64,000 bases of DNA from Eledone cirrhosa (Eukaryota): contig OZ024743.1 of the NCBI GenBank assembly GCA_964016885.1, forward strand, positions 244,280,001 to 244,344,000. Reading direction: 5' to 3'. The position numbers were made by a program, and so were the translations under genes. This document shows, in pieces, positions 55,210 to 64,000 of the stretch. The notes under the pieces are model-generated. The model had not been told where the DNA came from. It saw nothing but the letters and a program-made list of their open reading frames with translations, and searched no databases. The stretch's first letter is position 1. Each line of letters starts with the position of its first letter.

Positions 55210-57630
55210 ATAGATAGCTATCTTCCTTTATTTGCCACAAGGACATACAAGAAATGGGACATTACAAGGCGGGGATTTTACATAAAAATCGTATAAACTT
55301 TAACATTAATAAATTCCAATGAACTATATATAATAAAATAACAATCGAAATCGCCAATAGTGTGGAACGTTACTGCGGGGCTGTATTATACCCCGTAGAT
55401 AGAACAACTCTCAATACCAGGAGCAGGTGTTGTAGGTGTTCCCGTCTTTCCTCTTTTGTCTTGTTCGACCTACAGGTTTATATACAGAGAAGACCCATTC
55501 ACTCAGGCCATTTTCGCCACATTCGCCCACCTTTCAGCGAATTTACTTCCCAAGAACCTCGTTGCACTTATCCTCTACTAATCCCCTATAGAATGTCAAA
55601 GTGGAGTCTCCGCTGATTGCCATTTCCGCTTGGTAGAGGGCTGTGAGCGCCTGAAGGTACTCGAGGTGCCAGGCGCCCATTTTCGGTCTTCGCTTCACCC
55701 AGGACTGCTGCTCCGTTAGCGAGACGAGTTGTAGAAAAGCTCGTCTCACAAACGGCGACTACATCGGTTCACCGGTCAGAAATACCTGGAGATGATGCGT
55801 GTTTGCGCATCATCAGCCACGGCGTGCCCAGCCCTCCATTAGAAGTATGTTGGCAGCAGATGGATCTCCTCACTAATGGAGCCTATTTCTTCCAAAGTAA
55901 TTTGAAGAGTAGGCGTTCCATTTTGGTGAGGTGAACGTGGGGGCAAGGCACGACTGTCAAGCGGTAGTAGATGACGGACGCTATGTAAGTGTTCGCCACC
56001 TCCGCTCGGCCTTTTAAGGAGAGTTTGCACTCAGCCCACCTCTGTGTGTGAGTGCAAATACCTCCGCTGTGACCTCGTTCCAGTTTTTGTCCACTTGGAG
56101 GTCTGGACCAAACCAGACCCCGAGCAATTTCACCGGTCCTTCCGTCTAGCGTCCAACGACGCTGTCGAGCGGCATGGGTTTGCCTCTCCACCTGCCGAGT
56201 TGAAAACCGACAGACTTGTTCGGGCTTAGTTTTGCTCCTGCCAACGTTTCGTATTCCTGTAATAAGTTGCCGATTACCCCGATTTCCGAGGTTTTCGACA
56301 CCATTACGGTCACATCGTCGGCATAGGCCGACGCTACTTTTCACCGTCCTGCTCCTATCGGGAGTGACTCGAGAGCCAGCACATACAGAATGGACGAGAG
56401 AGGGCATCCTTGACGGATGGAACTCAGGATTTGGAATGGCTACGATAGGTAACCATTGACCTTGGCTGCCGAGCAGATGTTGCTGTGCATGGCAGCGATC
56501 CAGCCTCTGAAGACTGGACCGAAGCCTTAAGAACTGCTTCCAAGTATTGATGGTCGACCATCATAAATGCCTTAGATTGATCTAAATTGATCAGAGCCCC
56601 ACCGAAGCCAAGTTTACAGCCTTCCCTCTCTATGATGTATCGCATGAGGTGGAGGTTGTCGTGTATGGACCTGGTCGGGATTGCACACGTTTGCGCTCCC
56701 CCCACCAGGTTCTCGACGACGAACGCCAGCCTCGTTGCTAACACCTTGGCCAAAATCTTCAACTCTGTGTTGAGCAGAGTTATGGGCCTGAAATTGCTTA
56801 TGTTATCCCCTTTGTTCTCATTTTTCCTGAGCAGCGTTACTACGCTTCTGCTTACAGAACTGGAAATTCTCCCGTTCTGCTGCCAATTGCAGTAGACCGC
56901 TTCGAGGACCCCAGAGAACAAATCTGGCATGCCTATGCAAAACTCAGGATAGACCATCTAAACGGCCTAGAGCGTTTTCTATTTCGCCTGCTGTGATCGG
57001 CCTTTCGCAGCCTCCTCATCACTGTTCAAGAGTCTCGGTAGGCTATCGAGGTAGGAATTGAAGTCCATCACCCCGCTCGACACACCCCTCTATCCGAGCA
57101 GTTGTGCAACGTACTGCTGGAAGGCCTTGCACATCTGCTTGGATTCAAGTACTATGCGTCTGTCTTTTCCAAAGACCGAATTGTGGATTTGTCGCCACTT
57201 TTCGGCTCTGCCTCTCGGGCCCAGCTAACAGCTTTCGCTCCTTCGTTTCTCAGAGCACGTGTTCTACTTTTGACAATACAACCTTCGTGTTTTACGTTGA
57301 AGAACTGGTCTAGTGCCTTTCTCGCCGCTAGCACGTCAGCAGTACTGCCATTCCTAAGTGCCTCTTCTACTTTGGCTACAAATTCCTTTTCTGTCTTGTT
57401 GTTTTCTAAATCTACTTCCTTGCTAAAGACTATCGATTCTACTCTAATTTCTCTCTTGAGAGAGCTCCACCACCTGTTATTGACGATGGCCCCCGTCAAA
57501 CTGGCGTTTAACTAAAGTGCTAATCCGTTTACCGTAGGCTTTACGCGTCGGGAGCGACATGTTTAGCTTCCAGTATCCGGGTCCCTGTTTATGTGTTCTA
57601 TCAAGGTTGACTATGCAGGTCACTAATTTG
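55210..57630 (-). pseudogene. L1/Tx1 LINE ORF2 (end of APE, RT, 3' end) with internal deletions and frameshifts
   Basis: GYWKLN, NNRWW, FRPITLLNTELKILAKVLATRL, QTCAIPTRSIHDNL, LDQSKAF..VDH, IRQGCPLS..LYVLALE, SAYADDVT, LSLKGRAEVAN. Confidence 0.9.
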
Positions 57631-58514
57631 TGGTTGAGAGGACGAGTGTCTCAGTTTTTGCCGCACTGATTTTCATTCAAGCCATGTAGCACTCGGCATC
57701 AAACCCGTCATGTGCAAATCGGAGATCACCCTCTGTCGAGATAAGTACCTCCATGTCGACAGATTTTATACCTGTGAGTCGTGATACCACTTCAAACCCG
57801 ACTGCGCATGTCAATCCTGTTCATGAAAATAATGAACAGGAGAGGTGACAGTACGCACCCTTGGCGGAGTCCGACTACCACATTGAATGGTTTCGATTGA
57901 GCACTCTTTATCCGAACACAAATATTGGGGAATTAGTATAGAGGCATCAGGGCAACAAGAAGCTAACCATTGATCCCATATTCCTGCAGGACCTTTCACA
58001 GCAAGTCCAGTGGTACGCTGTCTTATGCCTTTTCGAAGTCTTCAAAACAAGAATATGCCTCTTAGCAATTCTCCCACAATGTCTTTAATAGCATTTGAAT
58101 TAGCATTTGAAAATATTTCGACTAACGAAAAATTTGCTGAATATGTTCAAATCTTTCGCTTATAAATAACTGAACATACTGCCCTAACTTCGTATAAAGA
58201 TATTTTAACAACCTCTGCTGTGACCAATTACTAATTATAACATATTTTTCTGAAAAAAAAACCCAGATTAATTTATAATCTTGCATGTTTGAAAACTTTG
58301 TAGAAGCTTATGCTAAATCCTCTCTTTTTCTTAATATTTGTCTAATGATATTAATTTGTTGTTATTTTGTTCTATATATTTCCTGAAGAGATACGGTTGG
58401 GATATAACACCCATAATGGAGTTAATTGTTAACTGGTAATCTCCAGTTTCACCACAAATAGATGCAATATTCTAGCTGCCGCGTGCAAACGTCGTAGAGA
58501 TGTATAAATAAATA

Positions 58515-58685
58515 ATGATTGTTTCTACTTTTGGCACAAGGCCAGCAATTATCACAGTGCATTACTGGTGCTTTATTTTATCGACCCGTAAGGATGAAAG
58601 GCAAAGTTAACCTCCGCGGGATTTGAACTCAGACTATAAAGGGACGTAACTATGCTGGAAAGCATGGCGTCCGATACTGACAATC
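58515..58685 (-). mobile_element. SINE (multi-copy family)
   Basis: matches 10170-10360 and 43260-43470. Confidence 0.7.
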
Positions 58686-59877
58686 CTTGGCTTCCTTAAA
58701 ATTTAGATATATATACATATATATATATATACATATATATACAAAATAAAGTACTCAATAGTAATTTGTGGAGTATTGTTTAATCATATACTAGTTTGAT
58801 AGACTTAACACGTTTCAATTTACTAAAGAAGGAAGTTGTTGTAGATATGAAATTTGTGAGTGTGTACGTCTCATGTATGTCCAGTTTGCCAGTGATCTCA
58901 TTGTAATCTGATATTGCTGACCATAGAGAGGTCACCTGATATTAGTATCCGGATCATTGTGAACATGTTTGTAATTATGTAAGTATCTGTGATAAGATGT
59001 ATGTAAACATGTTTATGCATATAATTATAAATAGGCGTGTGGTTACGAAGTACATTTCGTAGTCACGATATTCTAAGTTCATTCCCACTGTATGACACAT
59101 TTGGCAAGTGTTTTCTTCTGAGTGGAATTTTGTAGACGGATATCAGATCCCTACCACCCACTACCCACCACCACCACCCTGAAAGATTTGTTCCGCATTC
59201 CAGATGTGGCAGAAACGTAGGAATCGGTGCATTGCTGCACAAGGGGACTATTTCGAACTTATGTAAAGAAAGTCATTTTTTAAATAAAGAGCTAGTCAGG
59301 AAACTTTTTGATGTAGCCTCGTATATCAGAAAGTATTTGTATGTATGTGTGTTTTTTTCTCTCTCTGCGCAAATGTGTGTGTATTTAGAGATATATCTGT
59401 GCTTACGTCCCGCAACTAAGTGGTTCGACAAAAAATTATTTTTAAATAAGAAGCATACTTAAAAGGATATATATACTGGGTTCAATGTGATCGATTAAAA
59501 CACGTAATTTTCCTGTATATTTGTGAGTGTGCGCGTGTATAATACCAAAAGTACCAAACAGAGTGATAATGAATAGATATTTATACAATGAAATTATATA
59601 CAGTGTGTTTAATAAATATATACGTATTATCGCTGTGGAAATATAAACTGTATATAAACCGGGACTTTCGAGAGGTAAATTACGTTTCTCAGAGGAAAAT
59701 ATATATACAGTATATGCATGCATGGTCCTGTAACACCCGGTTGAATTGTTCAGGTGCCGTATTGACATACCGCATTTCTAGGGCATTTTTAAACGTGGCG
59801 GAACCCATCCCTCTCCAGAGAAGGATAGAGGATGAGAGGCTGGGTGTGAGAGAGAGATATAGAGAAAGAATCAACTC

Positions 59878-60200
59878 CAGGTGGATTGGCAGTATCGGTG
59901 GAGGGTCGGACGCCATGCTTTCCAGCATAGTTACGTCCCTTTACGATCTGAGTTCACATTCCGCTGAGATTGACTTTGCCTTTCATCCTTACGGGGTCGA
60001 TAAAATAAAGTACCAGTAATGCACTGGGTATTTGCTAGCCTTGTGCCTAAAGTAGAAACAAGTATTAAACTGATACTTTTTTTTTCGCCCCCGAATAGAT
60101 GAAAGTCAAAGTTGACCTCGGCGGGATATTAACTCAGAGAACCGAAACGAATACTGCCAAGCATTCTATACAACATTCTAACGACTCTACCAATTCGCCG
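59878..60200. mobile_element. two SINE copies in opposite orientation
   Basis: 59878-60060(+) and 60065-60200(-) of the same family. Confidence 0.65.
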
Positions 60201-60489
60201 CTTTATATACAGTATATATACTTATTAAATTCAGCATGTAATAACTGCGTATACATACATCTACGGATACAAAACATATGCATGAATACACATATAACTC
60301 AAAATATACAGATCCATACATACAATAACATCCATACCTGCACACACACACACACACACGCACACGCGCACGCATACAGACATGCATACATATTTACCTA
60401 GTTCATGTTGTCTAAATTCTTATGAAAAAGTCTTGTATCTATGTTGGAAACCGGCTCTCTTTCTATTGGTAAACATTTGTAAAATAATA

Positions 60490-61165
60490 ATTTCTACTAT
60501 ATGCACAAGGTCAGCAATTTTGTTTCTTTTTTGGGGGGGGTCGATTAAGTCGACTCCAGTGCATTACTGGTGCTTTAATTTATCGACCCCGTAAGGATGA
60601 AAGACAAAGCTAACCTCGTTGAGATTTGAAACCAGAACGCAAAGGGCCTTAACTCTATGCCACAAAGTATGTTATCCGACGCTCTGCCGGTTCTACCAAT
60701 CCACCGCCCTTTTTATAAATTCATAAAATTTATAAAATAATGAAACGAGAAGAACACACATGTATGCAAAATTGATAGAGATGTAGGCAAAAGAGCTTGG
60801 TGCGGCAACAGATGCAGAATATGTGGATTATATATCGCGATTGTCACCTACATCACGTTACTCTCTACTTATGAGGCATGATGGTGTAGCTAAAACACTA
60901 AGCAATGCAATCCTTGGAAAGGATAGTCCCGAAGAAAATAATGATTTCTCATTTAGGCACAAGGCTAACAATTTTTTTTGGGGGGAGGGGGGGCGGTCGA
61001 TTAATTCGACCCTAGTGCGTTACTGGTACTTTATCTTATCGACCCCGTAAGGATGAAAGGCAAAGCTAGCCTCAGCGAGATTTGAACTCAGAACGTAAAG
61101 GACCATAACTCTATACTGCAAAGTATGGTGTCTGACGCTCTACCGATACTGCCAATACACCGAAG
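60490..61165 (-). mobile_element. two SINE copies (60490-60710, 60940-61165)
   Basis: atcgaccccgtaaggatgaaag..caaagcta core. Confidence 0.7.
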
Positions 61166-61854
61166 AAAATAATATACTCACACATAATATGGAATAGTAC
61201 TGGTGGAATGTTCCAATGAAAACCCCAGTAAGTTATAATCATAAACGACCTGACATAATGAATGGGACAGAGAAAAGAAGGCATGCAAAGTAGTGGAAAT
61301 CAGTTGTCCAGCAAATGTTAATATAGTGTTAAATTTTAGTGAAAAGAAGAATATTATGCCAAACTAATTAGAAACCTGCAAATATTCCACCCTGACTGTG
61401 CCCTTAGATTTGTACCTGTGATCATTGTGGCTTTTGGATATATTACTGACTGACCAAGCACAAATATTGAGATGCTGAGCTTCTCAGAACCAGAAAGAGA
61501 ACGGCAAATTAAGAAATGTAAGTACAATCCATGAATGGGACTGTAAAAATATGTGAAACATTCGGGAAATGTACCGTATACACACGTGTGGATATAGAAA
61601 CGTGTACATATATAACTCAAAACATACAGATCCACACATGTAATTACATCCATACCTGTACCCCCCCCCCCTATCTCTCTCCCCATCTCTCTTTCTCTCT
61701 TTCAAGCACACATAGAGAGAGACAATACCAAGTGGATGTCGAAATTCTAATGAAATAGTCTTGTTTCTGTAGTAAAAACTGGCTCTCTCCCTAGTGGCGA
61801 GACATTTAAAAAAATAGAACATGCATACATACATACATACACACATACATACAA

Positions 61855-62062
61855 GGAAAGAGAACCCTTATGTCCTGACTCGCCATGAGTTTTGCGCACA
61901 TGACTGACTGATATTGAAGGGAAAAGCAAAGACATATTTTCCAGCTGAGTAAACTGGAGCAACGTGAAATAAAGTGTCATGCTCAAGGAAACGAAGCGTC
62001 GCCCAGTCTGAGATTCGAATACACAATCGTGAGCCTCTAACCCTAACCAATAAGCCACACGT
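61855..62062 (-). mobile_element. tRNA-derived SINE
   Basis: minus: cgtgtggcttattggttaggg A box, ttcgaatctc B box. Confidence 0.7.
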
Positions 62063-62160
62063 ATTTACGTAAGCAAACAAACACACATACATACATACAT
62101 ACATACATACATACATACATACATACATACATACATACATACATACATACATACATACAT

Positions 62161-62715
62161 GGTGGCTGCAACTCGTTTTCGAGTACGGCCACTACTTTAT
62201 ATCCATGTAGGAGAACGCCTACCGATGCGCTGAACGAGTGTGACTTTTAAGTCCAGCCAGCGACTTGAAATCTCTTGTACAAACACTACACTTGTGATAA
62301 TTATTGACGCATAGTGCTGGGCCCATGATACCATGTGACGACAAGTGCAGAGAGATCTCCAGATATAAAGCAATGCCTGTGTCGTGAAGCTTTTATAGTG
62401 AGCAAAGGCACTGCACAAAGCCAGTCCCACTCTCTTAACCAAGATGATATTTACCAAAAAGAAGAGCAAGTCAACATCATTGGATACCATCAGGGTTGCA
62501 GGTGTTATATCAGAGTTTTCCTTCTCCTAGAATTCTGCCTTGACAAAGGCTAAGGGATCATCTCTCCCGGTGATTTTGGATGGCCATTGACTCTTAAGAG
62601 CTCCTTTGCCCTTTGACAGGTTTTGTTTTTAGTCCTGCAGGATGTCCAAAGTCACCCTCCTCACCAAGAAACCTTGGTGGGGTTGCCAGTTTAGTCGCCA
62701 ACGACCCGACCATGA
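62161..62715 (-). mobile_element. second copy of the RTE-derived element (5'-truncated)
   Basis: highly similar reverse complement of 52164-52720; (TATG)n tail at 62088-62160. Confidence 0.85.
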
Positions 62716-62736
62716 AACACATATACATACATACTG

Positions 62737-62965
62737 ATGATGGCTGCAACTCGATTTTGAGTAATGTCGTCGCTTAATACTTAAACATGAGCATCACAGA
62801 CGTGGCTTTTTAATCATGCGAGGGACTTACCTACAGCAGGCAATGCCATGCATCGCAAAAAAATATCACATATCAAGCGATGCTTGTGCTTTAGTCGCCG
62901 ACGACCCGACCACGTCAAGGTTGTACTGGGTGACATGTTACTAGTAGCGCCGAAGAGCAACCTGA
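62737..62965 (-). mobile_element. ~230-bp RTE-derived mini-element
   Basis: 5' motif homologous to 52114-52190 fused almost directly to a KSLA.LKSH remnant and ctcaaaatcgagttgcagccatca terminus. Confidence 0.7.
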
Positions 62966-63934
62966 TATACATACATACATACAAATATATAAAACATTCC
63001 AAAAATTCTACATCTAATAACTCCATGTACACATGTACAGATACAAAGCATGCACACATATAGCTCAAAACATACACCTTCACACATACAATAACATCCA
63101 TACCTGCACACATGCATACATTCAGACATGCAGACATGCAGACATATCTACCTAGTTGATGTGTAAATTCCAATGAAAGCGTCTTGTATCTATGTTAGAA
63201 ACCGACTCCTCTCTATTGGTAAAAATTTGTGAAATTATAAAACCAGAACATACATACATACTCACCGATTCGTTAAACCGTCGAGTGAAGCTCTAAGTGA
63301 TCTCGCAATCTGCAAGAAATAGCAGCCAAGCCTCCTTCAAAATCACACACTATTCTCTCATTAAAAAAAAAGAAAGCAGATCTAGTTGTCTGAGTTAAAA
63401 TGTGGTTGAAGCAACTTAGATCATAGATCTGATAAATGACAAGTGACTTGGGTTTAAACAACTTACTAGCAATAATAGGAGACGTTCAATATTTTTGGCT
63501 TACCAAGAATATTATACGGAAACACCAACGTAACACAAATATTACTTATAGATCTTCATTTTGCCGACACTGCGACATGGTGTTGTATTTATTATAAAGA
63601 GAAAAAACAACAAGAAAAACAAACAAAAAAGCAGGTAAATAAGTTGCAACAAAAATGTCTTCTTGCTTATCGACACAAGTAATGTTGCTGTTTACCCCTA
63701 AGCCAGCTGCGATTGAAGTCAGTTTGCTCGTGATTACCCCGCCTTTTTACCAGTGTTTCTACAACTTCATTACACCTTGTTTAAAGAGAGCGGAGTGTGC
63801 GATCTCAATATTTCACTGTTGTTTCTGGCAGAATGTGTGCTTTCTAATCACGCATTCCTGCAATCAAACGTATTCAAGTCAAGATCATCTTTTTCATCAG
63901 CGTTTCTGCAACTGCATTTTCTCGTGTGAAGACA

Positions 63935-64000
63935 CATGGCTTAATGGTTAGAGTGTTGGAGTCATGACCAAAAGGTTGTGAGTTTGAATCCTAGATTGGG
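63935..64000 (+). mobile_element. tRNA-derived SINE head (runs off window)
   Basis: catggcttaatggttagag A box, gagtttgaatcc B box. Confidence 0.6.

Noticed and set aside
63655-63951. 98-aa ORF in unique-looking sequence
   Set aside because: No motif or splice support, and its end runs into a SINE head

Overview
Eukaryotic, AT-rich, apparently intergenic or intronic DNA. I found no supportable host exon. The repeat content ((TA)n/(CA)n/(GA)n/(TATG)n tracts, several tRNA-derived SINE families) resembles octopod cephalopod genomes (inference). Nearly all ORF-track entries are microsatellite artefacts. The real coding signal is decayed retroelements: a GC-rich, near full-length CRE-clade non-LTR element (PHD finger + RT + zinc motif + restriction-like endonuclease, ~23.3-26.4 kb) lying tail-to-tail with an older CRE relic; several L1/Tx1 fragments; RTE fragments and RTE-derived mini-elements; and many Penelope-like element (PLE) relics. 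The most striking signal is a high density of minimal type-I hammerhead ribozyme motifs (CTGAnGA-stem II-GAAA-short palindromic stem III-NUH) from about ten unrelated sequence families. Most sit in head-to-head fold-back palindromes of 100-1000 bp inserted in (TA)n tracts. Also notable: a near-perfect 608-bp x3.7 tandem array built from a dead PLE GIY-YIG segment, and a conserved, apparently double-pseudoknotted RNA motif at the 5' end of RTE-derived mini-elements. All ribozyme calls are by manual pairing, and coordinates of decayed elements are approximate.
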